Made by a program: the position numbers and the translations under genes
Notes under the pieces: generated by a model
Seen by the model: only the letters and a program-made list of their open reading frames with translations
Database searches by the model: none
Told to the model about the DNA's origin: nothing
Virus record (IMG/VR): IMGVR_UViG_3300012942_000020
Span: 1-41,726 of that record
Length of the DNA stretch: 41,726 bases
From: a virus
Taxonomy: Duplodnaviria; Caudoviricetes
Reading direction: 5' to 3' (one strand)
In this document: positions 17,567 to 27,610 of the stretch, in pieces
How the letters are laid out: each line of letters begins with the position of its first letter
Position numbering within the stretch: position 1 is the first letter of the stretch

Positions 17567-18571
17567 TTATCTAACAATACAATAATAAACAGATACGTTT
17601 TTAGGTCTAGTTTCAGATGATGTTCTAGCTACTCTAGAAGCATCAAAAGTTGCTCCTTTAACAGCAGCACCAGCACCTGAATAAGCAGTACCAGATGAAC
17701 CATTAGCTGAGAAAGCTCCTGTACCATACCAATCAGTTCCATTACTAGATAATGGTATAAGAGCGCCAAAAGTACCTGTAATGTTTTGTAAAGCATCAGT
17801 TTGAAAACTACCTAATACTCTACTACCACCATCAGGATCAACTACGCTAGTTGTTGCATAGGCTCTATCAAATTGACCTCTATAATCAGGAGCAACAAAG
17901 GTTGTAGAACCATCACCAGCTCCCCAACCACTAGCTCCTTGAGTACCAATTAATGAACTAATTTTAGCAAATAATCTAGCATCAGTTGTTCTACTTAAGG
18001 TTTGACCATTAGCCCATACAACAATATTAGTATTAAATCCTGCATGAGTATATTTCTCTAATGCACCTGTTCTACCTAATACACCATTAAGAGTATAACC
18101 ATCCATATCAACAATATCAGTATTTACAGTACCTTTAACTGTTTGATCTGCTCCAGGATTTATTTTAGCATTAGTAACTGCTTTATCAGCTAGTTTAGAT
18201 GATGTAACAGCACTATCAGCTAAACTAGGATTAGGATAAGTTCCTGATAAAGCACCTCCTGCAATACCTGCAATAGTTTTAGCTAAGATATTAGGATATG
18301 TATAAACAACACTAAGTTGAGAATATACTCTAATAGAATAATCACTGTTAACAAAGAATTGTGCAGGACTGCCTGTATTAACAACATAACCATTTACAAT
18401 TTGTAATGGTTGAGCAGCAGGAATTACACCATCAGCATCCCAATAAACATTAATAGGATTATCTTCAGGGTCTTCTCCTGCTACACCAATATAAACAGAA
18501 CCAGAACTGATAATCTTACCAGTCTGATCTGTAAATACATCATAAGGTGTTGAAACATTAGATAATGACAT
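17567..18571 (-). CDS. Tail fibre with P22 tailspike head-binding domain and tail-collar domain
   Basis: FTDQTGK...VYIG...P..VYWD...AQPL...DYSIRV; APDYRGQFDR; ETRPKNVS. Confidence 0.85.
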   Translation of the reverse strand: MSLSNVSTPYDVFTDQTGKIISSGSVYIGVAGEDPEDNPINVYWDADGVIPAAQPLQIVNGYVVNTGSPAQFFVNSDYSIRVYSQLSVVYTYPNILAKTIAGIAGGALSGTYPNPSLADSAVTSSKLADKAVTNAKINPGADQTVKGTVNTDIVDMDGYTLNGVLGRTGALEKYTHAGFNTNIVVWANGQTLSRTTDARLFAKISSLIGTQGASGWGAGDGSTTFVAPDYRGQFDRAYATTSVVDPDGGSRVLGSFQTDALQNITGTFGALIPLSSNGTDWYGTGAFSANGSSGTAYSGAGAAVKGATFDASRVARTSSETRPKNVSVYYCIVR

Positions 18572-20973
18572 TATTTATTATCCTTTTTATCATTCATATT
18601 AGCAAGAGTTCCTTGTAATAAAGGTCTAATAAATTCTTTTGATGTAGTATAATCTAATAAAGATTTAAGTCTATCATTACTAAGTCTAGGATCATCAATA
18701 GAAACTTTATTATGATTAGCTTTATAATCTCTCATAGCTTCTAAAGTCTCTTTAGCTTCTTTGGCTAACTTACTTTTTTCTAAACTATCAGTTAAACCAA
18801 ACATAACTAATGATGCTATATGAGTAGCACCATGACCTAAAGTAAGTAATGAGAATTTACTAGCATGATAAATCATATTGATAAGATGGTTTTTAACTGG
18901 CTGAGTCATACCTTTACCAGTAGCATTAACATCTTGAGCAACACGATTTAACTTCATTAAATTGTTATATTCACTAGGATCAAATAATAATTTAAGTTTA
19001 GCTGTTCCCATTTTATGAATACGACTATTTAACTTAGTAGCACTTAAATTACCTGATGTATCTAATGAGTCATTAATAAGCCTACTCATAGCATCAAGCT
19101 TAATCACTTCCCATGCCTGCTTTGTTTCAGGCTTAGATAATAACATAGCTTTAAGCTTTTTAACATTAGATATATTATCTTTAGGACCTAATACTAAATC
19201 AACAACTCTATCAGGACTAATCTTAGGAGTATCAGTTCCTTCTTTAGTTTCTGATAATTGTTGAATAATATCTTTATTATTAAACTTAGCACTATGTTCT
19301 TTATAAGCTTGTCTTGCTTGTAATGCTAATTTACCTGCTTCACTATTCTCATTACCTACTTTTTGAATAGTATCTAACATAGCATCATGAAGTGTTTTCT
19401 TTAATGCTATCTGAGGATTATATTCATTAGGTTTATAAAGACTATTTAAAGATTGATTAAGTTTTTCAGCATTAGCGAGAGTTAAATCTTGTTGTTCACC
19501 TTTAAACTTAACTGTCTCACCATTCTTTAAAGCAAGTTTAGTTTGATTAAAGATAGGATCAAAAGTCTTTTGCTCAACGTATTCTCTAGGAATTAAATCA
19601 TATCGACCTAATTCTTTAAGTAATTGAGCTTGTCTAGTATCTCCTTCTGGTAACTTATCAAGAACATCAAATGCATGATTAACAAATGCTTCTGTATCAA
19701 CTTTAGGAGCATTTTGAATTCTACTAAGTTGCTTATATAAATCACTTACTGAGTTATAAGACTCTTGTTTTAAATTACTTAAAGCAGATTGAATAAGTTG
19801 ACCTCTTTGTTCTTTATCAAGATTAAGATTATCAAAGGCTTGCTTTAAATTATCACCTGCTTGATTTAATGACTCAACTTGATTTTCTTTAATATCTCTA
19901 GCTTGATTACCTAATTCATCAGTTCGAGATAATAGCTTAGCTTCTTTACCAAGTTGCTCAAAATCATTAGTAGCTTGTCCTGTAGTTAGAGGAACATTAA
20001 TATCTTGAGCATCTTGAATTTTCTGTTCAGGAGTTCTAGCAGCTGCATTAATATCCTGATATTGTTCAGGAGGATTAATCTTTGCTTCAACCTCTGCTTT
20101 CTTAGCATCAATATCATCAAGCATTTTTTGTGCTTGTTGAACAACAGGATGATCAGCAGGTAAGCCTTCTGCAATACCATTATCAACAGCTTGCTTAATA
20201 TTAGCATAGTGTTGATCTGTATTAGTTACAGCTTCTTCATAAGCTTGCTTTAATGTATTTTCATCAGTACCTGATTTAGCAACAATATCTTGACCTTGTT
20301 CTGTTAAGTTACCATCTTTATCAAAGACTTTATCAGGCGAAACATCTTCGACTACCTTAGCAACATTCGGCCCAAAACGCGAGGCAATATGATGCCCCAA
20401 AATCAGGCCAGACGCGCCTACCAGCAGGCCAGTAGCAGTCTGAGAAGCATCACTACCACCTGACTGTCTAACCCCCTCCTGTGCCGCTCCTGCTGCACCT
20501 CCTGCTAAGGCATTTACAACCATTTCAGGTAATCGAGCTTCACCAGAAGGCAAAGCAAATTGAACACCTGTTTTAATAGCTGAATTAACTAAATTCTCAG
20601 TATTAGTTAATGGTGCAGGTACACCAATTGAATTTAATATATTATCAGTTAATTGAGTAACAACATCATCAGATATAAGAGCATCAGCAGGTTTTTGCCA
20701 AGCAACAGGTAACTGCTTTTTTAATACAGTAGTAACAATATCACCTAAACCAGATACACCTTCTGCACCTGCTCTAACTCCTAATCCTATATTAGTTGCT
20801 AAACTATTATCAGGATTCTTAATTTGAGCAAAAGGATTATTGGGATCAGTATTAGGATTAACATATCCTAATTGTTGTTTAATATCTGGTTCAGCTTTAA
20901 CTTCTTTAGCAGGACTAATTGTATTGTTAGATACATTAGTAGGCTTTAATATAGCAGATAAAAAATCAGCCAT
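18571..20973 (-). CDS. Large DNA ejection protein (P22 gp16 position)
   Basis: Synteny; helical; Gly/Ala TM-like segment; LTTGQAT motif. Confidence 0.7.
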   Translation of the reverse strand: MADFLSAILKPTNVSNNTISPAKEVKAEPDIKQQLGYVNPNTDPNNPFAQIKNPDNSLATNIGLGVRAGAEGVSGLGDIVTTVLKKQLPVAWQKPADALISDDVVTQLTDNILNSIGVPAPLTNTENLVNSAIKTGVQFALPSGEARLPEMVVNALAGGAAGAAQEGVRQSGGSDASQTATGLLVGASGLILGHHIASRFGPNVAKVVEDVSPDKVFDKDGNLTEQGQDIVAKSGTDENTLKQAYEEAVTNTDQHYANIKQAVDNGIAEGLPADHPVVQQAQKMLDDIDAKKAEVEAKINPPEQYQDINAAARTPEQKIQDAQDINVPLTTGQATNDFEQLGKEAKLLSRTDELGNQARDIKENQVESLNQAGDNLKQAFDNLNLDKEQRGQLIQSALSNLKQESYNSVSDLYKQLSRIQNAPKVDTEAFVNHAFDVLDKLPEGDTRQAQLLKELGRYDLIPREYVEQKTFDPIFNQTKLALKNGETVKFKGEQQDLTLANAEKLNQSLNSLYKPNEYNPQIALKKTLHDAMLDTIQKVGNENSEAGKLALQARQAYKEHSAKFNNKDIIQQLSETKEGTDTPKISPDRVVDLVLGPKDNISNVKKLKAMLLSKPETKQAWEVIKLDAMSRLINDSLDTSGNLSATKLNSRIHKMGTAKLKLLFDPSEYNNLMKLNRVAQDVNATGKGMTQPVKNHLINMIYHASKFSLLTLGHGATHIASLVMFGLTDSLEKSKLAKEAKETLEAMRDYKANHNKVSIDDPRLSNDRLKSLLDYTTSKEFIRPLLQGTLANMNDKKDNK

Positions 20974-23120
20974 TAACGACCTCCTGAATTATGAGCAACT
21001 GTAGATAATAGTCTATGAGCAGCACCTGCACCAAATGTTTTATCATAATATGCAATATTTTGAGGAGTAGGATTACTCAACAAAGTTTGAATGTCATTAT
21101 GATTTGGTTCTCTAGTTTGTATAGTTGCTTGAATTTTCTTTAAAGTATGTTGAGTATCAGGATTAACAAAATAAGACATATCAACAGGAGAACCTAATTG
21201 TTGTTCTGTTGATTTCTTTAATGAATTAATCTTATCTAAAGCTGCATTGATGTTTTGATCAATGGTAGAATTGATTGTAGCTGTATCATCAGATAAGTTA
21301 AAATCATTTCTATATTGTTCTCTATCTTCTTTAGAATCAGTACCATATAAAGCAGCTTTTTCAGCAGCCATAATCTTAGAAAGATTAGTTAGCTTAGCAT
21401 TAATTTGATTAGTCTTTCCTTTATTATTTAAAAGAAAGCCTGCAACATTACCAACAGTATTACCAATAACACCTGCATTAGCATTGCGTTGTCTAGCCAA
21501 TTCAGCAAATTCAGCTAAGTGCTGAATATAAGTGTTAAAAGCATTAACCTGTTTACCTGATTGAGTAGTAGAATCACCTAAATCTGATAATACTTTATAG
21601 CCATTAGTATTAAAGTTAGGAAATGCTTGTAACACAGCTTTCATAATAGGTGATCTAATCTCAGTAGTACCTCCTTGACCTACAGGAGGCTTTAACTTGT
21701 AAGTACCAATCTGTCTTACAAGATCAGCTTGTCCTTTAGGCAAAGTATTTAAAAATTCTTCTCCTGTTGCATTAGGATTACCTAAAGCTAATGCAGTATC
21801 AGGTGCATTACCATGTTTAGCAATATCATTAGCAACACTGTTAACATACTCTCCTACAGATAATGGCTTACCATTACTTCGCATATTAGGATTAGCTGCA
21901 ATAACATTAGCAGGTAATACATCAGCAAGAGACTTATTAGGATCAACTTGAGCAGCTTTTAAAACATTGATAGCACCAGCACCTTTAGTTTTATCAGCAC
22001 CACCACCAGCACCTAACTTATAAGCTAATGCAGCAGTAGTATTATTAACAGGTAACTCAGCACTTTGCAAAGCATAAGCACCTTGCTTATAGATAGACTG
22101 ACCTACTTGATTAGCTACATTAGGATCAGTTCTAAGAGCAAGAATTTGAGCATCAGTTTTACCCTTAGCAAGTTCAGGAAAGTTTTGCTTTACTTCACTT
22201 AACCAAGTTCCTGCAACAGCTTGACTAGGTCCTAATGCACTAGAATTAGGATTCTTTATATTACTAGGACCATTAGTGTTATACTCAGTAGGTTGCATAG
22301 CTGCATAACCTTGAGCAATACTTTGATCAGATTGAGATTGATCAAAAGTACCACTAGGCTGTTGAGCATTAGGATTATTATTATATAATTCTCCTGTAAC
22401 AGTATTAACCGCTAATTGACCTGCTTGCTTTTGATTAGCAGAAGCATTTGCTTCATTAGCAGCAGCAATTGCTTGCTGAGCTTGTGCCTGTTTTAATGGT
22501 ACTTCTGCATTAGTTGAATTAATATCAGCTTGAGTTTTAGCAATATCAGTAGGTAACTTAACTAGATCAGGATATGCTTCTGCAAACTTATCAGGGCCGA
22601 CTAAAGATGACACATATAATTGTGACATATTTAATGCCTGGGCAGCAGCTTGCTTATCACCTGCTTTAGCTTGTTGATACAATTGAAGCATATGTTGATC
22701 TTCACTAGTATCATTACCAGCTTTTTGATCAGCATCAATAATAGATTGAAGATGATTAATAGCTCCATCCCAATCATTATTTTGAGCATAGCCTAGTTGC
22801 GCAGACGCATCAGTTAAATGCTGTAACTTTTGCTGATCGTTTAAATCTTTATATCCTTGTTGAATACCATCTTTCAATTGAGGATTTAAAGTAATCGCAG
22901 CATTATAATATCTCAATCTATTAGGATCATCTAAAGGAGCATTGAGATATTTCTGTAATGATGCAGCACCTAAAGCAGCAACTGTTTGTGCTTGTTTAGC
23001 TGCTAACTGTTGTTGATTAACAACTGCATTATTTTGTGTAGCTACATTATTAGCATTTTGATAATCTAATGCAGTAGGAGCACCTAATAATGCTTGAATA
23101 TCATAGCTTAAATCTGACAT
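20973..23120 (-). CDS. DNA ejection protein (P22 gp20 position) with lytic-transglycosylase-like domain
   Basis: Gln/Ala-rich; E...KNPNSSALGPSQ...TW...DP...LAYKLGAGG. Confidence 0.7.
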   Translation of the reverse strand: MSDLSYDIQALLGAPTALDYQNANNVATQNNAVVNQQQLAAKQAQTVAALGAASLQKYLNAPLDDPNRLRYYNAAITLNPQLKDGIQQGYKDLNDQQKLQHLTDASAQLGYAQNNDWDGAINHLQSIIDADQKAGNDTSEDQHMLQLYQQAKAGDKQAAAQALNMSQLYVSSLVGPDKFAEAYPDLVKLPTDIAKTQADINSTNAEVPLKQAQAQQAIAAANEANASANQKQAGQLAVNTVTGELYNNNPNAQQPSGTFDQSQSDQSIAQGYAAMQPTEYNTNGPSNIKNPNSSALGPSQAVAGTWLSEVKQNFPELAKGKTDAQILALRTDPNVANQVGQSIYKQGAYALQSAELPVNNTTAALAYKLGAGGGADKTKGAGAINVLKAAQVDPNKSLADVLPANVIAANPNMRSNGKPLSVGEYVNSVANDIAKHGNAPDTALALGNPNATGEEFLNTLPKGQADLVRQIGTYKLKPPVGQGGTTEIRSPIMKAVLQAFPNFNTNGYKVLSDLGDSTTQSGKQVNAFNTYIQHLAEFAELARQRNANAGVIGNTVGNVAGFLLNNKGKTNQINAKLTNLSKIMAAEKAALYGTDSKEDREQYRNDFNLSDDTATINSTIDQNINAALDKINSLKKSTEQQLGSPVDMSYFVNPDTQHTLKKIQATIQTREPNHNDIQTLLSNPTPQNIAYYDKTFGAGAAHRLLSTVAHNSGGR

Positions 23121-23773
23121 TAGAATAAACTCGTGATCATGTTAATGAGATTAGAACCATTAGTTGATCCTGTATTAGGAGCAGCATCTAAGAAACCACC
23201 AATATTATTAATAATACCATTCTTAGCTTGTGCTTGTCCTGTAATAGAAGAAGCATTAGCTTGACCTGATTTATCAAATAAATTAGCAATCAAAGCTGAT
23301 AAAGAATCATTAGCACCAGTTAGATTAGAAGTGGCTGCCAAACCTTGATTAGATAAACCAAACAGATTTGATATATCTTGTTGCTGAACATTACCTAAAA
23401 GATTAGCACCAAATTGAGCTAAGCCTAGATTAGTATCACCACCTCTTAAACCTCCTGTAGCAGATGCATTTTGTTCAAGAGTATTAACACCTGTATTATA
23501 TTGTGATGTAAATGCAGGCGATGATTTTAATGCTTCAATAGCAGCAGCTTGCTTATCAGAACCATTTAATCCTAACATATCTTCTAATGAAGATGTAGCA
23601 CCTGCACCAGCACTTGTATAAGGTGAAAATGCTTGAGTATTAGTATTTTGTTGATTAGTAATACCTTGCTGAGCTTTTTGAATAGCAGCTTGTTCAGCAG
23701 CATTAGCTTGCTTAATAGCTTTAGCTTGACTATTACCAGTAAATATACTTGAGATTGCAGAAAATAATCCCAT
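23120..23773 (-). CDS. DNA ejection (pilot) protein, P22 gp7-like
   Basis: PYTSAG and NASATGGLRGG motifs. Confidence 0.85.
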   Translation of the reverse strand: MGLFSAISSIFTGNSQAKAIKQANAAEQAAIQKAQQGITNQQNTNTQAFSPYTSAGAGATSSLEDMLGLNGSDKQAAAIEALKSSPAFTSQYNTGVNTLEQNASATGGLRGGDTNLGLAQFGANLLGNVQQQDISNLFGLSNQGLAATSNLTGANDSLSALIANLFDKSGQANASSITGQAQAKNGIINNIGGFLDAAPNTGSTNGSNLINMITSLF

Positions 23774-23782
23774 TATTATCTC

Positions 23783-24019
23783 CTATGCTTTATAAGCTAA
23801 AAGCTTTAATGTAGTACCATCAGGGGTAGTAGCTGTTATTGTATAATTACAAATATGATTTTCATTAATCGGTATTTGCACATTAACAAATCCTGTATCA
23901 ACTACAGGTGCAGCAGGATCAGTAAATACAGCATCTTGCATAGCTTCTAACCATTTAATAATGCGAACATTATCAGTTAATGTTAAAAGATCAGCTCTTG
24001 TTATCTTACCAGAACTCAT
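23783..24019 (-). CDS. Short protein at the tail-needle (gp26) position
   Basis: Synteny after gp10; ITRADL...IKWLE N-terminal helix. Confidence 0.5.
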   Translation of the reverse strand: MSSGKITRADLLTLTDNVRIIKWLEAMQDAVFTDPAAPVVDTGFVNVQIPINENHICNYTITATTPDGTTLKLLAYKA

Positions 24020-25425
24020 AGATTTGATCCTTCGGCTGTAACATCTAATCGCATAATAGAGGTAGTTGCAGTATTAGTGCCTCTAAATTTTAAAGACATT
24101 TTAACATTAGCATCACACATAGGACGCCAAGCAACTCTAGTATTATAATCACCTCTATTACCTATAGGCGTTGATCTTTCTTGTGAATAATTAACACCAT
24201 CACGAGAATAAGAAAAGAAAGCTGATGCGTTAACACCTAAAGGAACAATACCAGTAGCCATAAAAAGCTCTACATTAGTTAATGTAAAGCCTCCTTGATT
24301 AAAGATAAAACTAGTAGTAAATTCCCATCCTATAGTTTCACCAAACTGAGTAGATACATTATAATCTAAATATCCTAATTTACCTGTTGTAGTAGTTGCA
24401 CCAACAAATTGACTATCAACATAAACAAAATGTCTTATAGGATATAATACATCTGCATTAACTCCTCCTCTATGAATAGTCCATATAGGAGTTTGTGCAG
24501 CTTGAGAGGCTACCCAATAATAAACTAATGTTTGATCTGGTAAATGAACAAATAGTTTAAACTCATTATCAGTAACAATTTGTTCTAATTCAATCTGAGT
24601 TTGTTCATCAGCAGTTAATGCCTGTAAGATTTTAGAAACTGCATTTGAACAAATTGATGTAGTACTACCTCCAAATCCTAAATAGATAGACACATCTTCA
24701 TTTTTACCACTACCTACAAAAGCAATTAATTCTTTATAGATACAAAATGCTTTAGGGCCTACACACCCTTTAGGAATAAAAGCACTATCATTCGTAGCAA
24801 AAGGAAAGCCTGAACCACCTACGTTTTGAAAGTTTTGAATAGTATATTTACCAATAGCATATACTTCATCACGAAGCTTAATTAAGCCGACAATAGGATC
24901 AGGATCAAGTTCAGCAGTACCATAATTAGTAGGAATGATACTAGTAGGATCATTAAGTTTCGTGACAACAATGTTCTCACCATCTGTAAACATATAATAG
25001 CCATCTACCCAAATAACATCATTAACATTAACTGCTAATGGATCAGTTACTTGTAAGAATGTACCATCAGATAATAGATACCATAGAAAGCCATTTGACG
25101 ATATTGCTAATCTATCAAATCCATAATCCATAAAAGCATAGTTACCATCATCACCAACATCACCTATAATAGTAGGATTACCTAAACTATCAAACTTAAC
25201 AAGTTTAGAACCTTGCACCCTATAGTGAACACCATTCCAGTTAATCCCTACTCGATCTCTACCAATATTATTATCAGCTAATAAAGTAATGCCTGGAATA
25301 TCTGATAGATAACCTTCTGATAAACCATTAGATTGAATAGTAGGCTCAAAATTAATTGGTAATGAGTTAACAATACCTGCTTGATTATTTGTATAAATAC
25401 CTTGAAGGATACTAACTTGAGTCAT
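24016..25425 (-). CDS. Tail hub / DNA stabilisation protein, P22 gp10-like
   Basis: GINWNGVHYRVQG, WVDGYY, AELDPDPI; synteny. Confidence 0.9.
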   Translation of the reverse strand: MTQVSILQGIYTNNQAGIVNSLPINFEPTIQSNGLSEGYLSDIPGITLLADNNIGRDRVGINWNGVHYRVQGSKLVKFDSLGNPTIIGDVGDDGNYAFMDYGFDRLAISSNGFLWYLLSDGTFLQVTDPLAVNVNDVIWVDGYYMFTDGENIVVTKLNDPTSIIPTNYGTAELDPDPIVGLIKLRDEVYAIGKYTIQNFQNVGGSGFPFATNDSAFIPKGCVGPKAFCIYKELIAFVGSGKNEDVSIYLGFGGSTTSICSNAVSKILQALTADEQTQIELEQIVTDNEFKLFVHLPDQTLVYYWVASQAAQTPIWTIHRGGVNADVLYPIRHFVYVDSQFVGATTTTGKLGYLDYNVSTQFGETIGWEFTTSFIFNQGGFTLTNVELFMATGIVPLGVNASAFFSYSRDGVNYSQERSTPIGNRGDYNTRVAWRPMCDANVKMSLKFRGTNTATTSIMRLDVTAEGSNL

Positions 25426-25429
25426 TTAA

Positions 25430-26236
25430 TTATCCCCATAAAGCTTCATCCCAAACAGCAGCAGTAATGATTTGACCATTAAGACCACTTAATAATGCAC
25501 CTTTATTTGTATTAATTGTATTAGTAAAGAATGGGAAGTATGTTGAGAAATTAATCATACCTGCACCATGAGGTGTGCCAATAGGAATAGGTCTAAGAGG
25601 AATTCCTCTGCAATAACTATAAACAATTCCTTTAGCTCTATTATATTTAGCAATGAATGAAGGTGTTGCAGATTTACCTTTACCATCCATATAAGTTCTA
25701 GCTAATAAAGTAGCAATAGACATTCCTAAACCATCAGGAATACCTGCAATATCATTAAGATTAGATTGGCCTATATTAGGAGGATGATTATAGCCAGGAT
25801 CAGCATTAAGTAATCTAGCTTCTCTCATCATACCATCTAATCTATTTAACATAGCTTGATTTTCATCAGGAGTATGATCAAATATATAACCTGATAAACG
25901 TAAGTCTTCCCATGCCCATAAGATAATTTGATTCTTTGTTATTACTGAGAAGTCAATATCATATTCATGCTCAACAATAAGCATAGATGCTTGATCAGGA
26001 AATATTTGTTTACTGATGGTATTGATTTTAATATCAAACGTATCAGTTTCTCCTGCAATACCTCCAGATAAGAAAAAACCAACTGCAGTAGCATTACTTA
26101 CTTTATTAGTAATTTCAACAGTTCCTGATGTAACTTCAATAGTAAATGTATCAATGCCATCAGGACCAAGCAACTTGCTATAATCAATGACATAGAATTT
26201 AGTGCTATCAGGAGCTTTAGGTTCTAAATATTTCAT
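25430..26236 (-). CDS. Head-tail adaptor, P22 gp4-like, with extra N-terminal beta domain
   Basis: TKNQII...A...F...P.E...L.RLDGMM...GY...P.GAG gp4 core from ~aa 100; AAGGAG lies 6 nt before ATG 26236. Confidence 0.75.
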   Translation of the reverse strand: MKYLEPKAPDSTKFYVIDYSKLLGPDGIDTFTIEVTSGTVEITNKVSNATAVGFFLSGGIAGETDTFDIKINTISKQIFPDQASMLIVEHEYDIDFSVITKNQIILWAWEDLRLSGYIFDHTPDENQAMLNRLDGMMREARLLNADPGYNHPPNIGQSNLNDIAGIPDGLGMSIATLLARTYMDGKGKSATPSFIAKYNRAKGIVYSYCRGIPLRPIPIGTPHGAGMINFSTYFPFFTNTINTNKGALLSGLNGQIITAAVWDEALWG

Positions 26237-26292
26237 ATGCAACTCCTTGTATATGATAGAATTATAACAATTAATTATAACTCAATTATATA

Positions 26293-26330
26293 CAGAAGAT
26301 GCCCCTAGCCAAATTAATGGCTAGGGGCTT
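26293..26330 (-). terminator. Terminator after the coat gene
   Basis: gcccctagcc/ggctaggggc 10-bp stem. Confidence 0.75.
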
Positions 26331-26337
26331 TAATCTA

Positions 26338-27609
26338 TTAGGCTTGCGAGAACATCTGAATACCCATCATTTCAGTATTCAATGCACCAACACCCCAATC
26401 AATATCCCATCTATATTTCATAGTCAGGTCATTGATAGAACCTTGTCTTACATAGGTAATACCAATACCAAGATCAGTAGTACCACGAAGAACAGCCCAA
26501 CCATCCTCAGGCTCAACAGCAAAAGAGCCAGGAATAATTTCAACAGCCTTCTTAATGAAGAAAGGATTAACGCGACCAGTAGTCGTATTCAAGAAAGTAA
26601 TAACTGCTTGGTCAGCAGGAGTTGCAGTAACGTTTTGATATTCAAGTTCAGCTTTACTACCACCACCAGCAGAGATAATAGGAGGAGTAATAGTAACAAC
26701 ACCAGAACCACCAGCACCAGAAACAATATCAGTGATTCTAAATGTCTTTAACTGACCAGTATCAAGTTTAGTGATATGATGAACAGCATTAACGCCAGCA
26801 ATAGTAAACGCATCGCCAACTTTAACAGTACCAGAACCAACAGAGATAGTGATATTTTGATACCTATTATCAACGTTAGTAGTGTTACCTAAAGCATCAG
26901 TAGTATGGCCAACAGGAACATAATATTGGTTAGCACCATTGACTTTAACAGTAACACCAGCAGCAGCAGTCAGACGATAGTTCTGATCATTCTTAAAGGT
27001 ATCAAAGCTAGATACTTCACCAATGTAAGCTTTCTCATAAGCATCAAGAGATTTGCTATTATCTAACACACGAGAAGCAAGGTTAGACGCCATGCTATTA
27101 TAATCACGCGAAGAATAGAAAGCTAAACGATCAGCTTGATCAACTCCTTGCTCAGTGAATGCAGCATCAATATCAGCAACATCATCAAAACCAGAAGCAG
27201 CAGCAGTACGCTTAGAAACAACAGAACCCATCAAGCAACAAGTCGTCATGACAGATTGATTAACATCAGATGCAAGCTTTTGTTTAGCAGCATCGCCATA
27301 CTTAGCAAGTTGATTAGGATCACGTAAGTTCTTAGCAGTCATAGAGCCGGGAACTGATTTATGAAGACCTAAACCAACAGGAACAGAAAGCTGAGTAATA
27401 TTGCCAAAATTCGCAGATTGATCAAAGCCATCATACGAAGTAGCAATATAAGGTTGAGGACGCCAGATACGATCGTTAGAACGTTCCATTTCTTGGGCAG
27501 TAGTAGGATTGTAGATCGAAGCACCTTTTGCAATGATCAACATATCATCAAAACCCATCAACATTTCATCAAACATGACGAGTTCTTGTTTAGTAAAATC
27601 GTTAGCCAT
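26338..27609 (-). CDS. Major capsid protein, P22 gp5-like
   Basis: MANDFTKQE...WRPQPYI...AKQKLASDVN...GDAFTIAGV..VHHITK. Confidence 0.95.
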   Translation of the reverse strand: MANDFTKQELVMFDEMLMGFDDMLIIAKGASIYNPTTAQEMERSNDRIWRPQPYIATSYDGFDQSANFGNITQLSVPVGLGLHKSVPGSMTAKNLRDPNQLAKYGDAAKQKLASDVNQSVMTTCCLMGSVVSKRTAAASGFDDVADIDAAFTEQGVDQADRLAFYSSRDYNSMASNLASRVLDNSKSLDAYEKAYIGEVSSFDTFKNDQNYRLTAAAGVTVKVNGANQYYVPVGHTTDALGNTTNVDNRYQNITISVGSGTVKVGDAFTIAGVNAVHHITKLDTGQLKTFRITDIVSGAGGSGVVTITPPIISAGGGSKAELEYQNVTATPADQAVITFLNTTTGRVNPFFIKKAVEIIPGSFAVEPEDGWAVLRGTTDLGIGITYVRQGSINDLTMKYRWDIDWGVGALNTEMMGIQMFSQA

Positions 27610-27610
27610 C

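Noticed and set aside
15084-18571. Diversity-generating retroelement acting on the fibres
   Set aside because: No reverse transcriptase and no TR/VR pair seen.
19986-20207. 73-aa Leu/Lys-rich out-of-frame ORF in the ejection gene as an embedded spanin
   Set aside because: No proper lipobox, far from the lysis genes, and its composition is the expected frameshift shadow.
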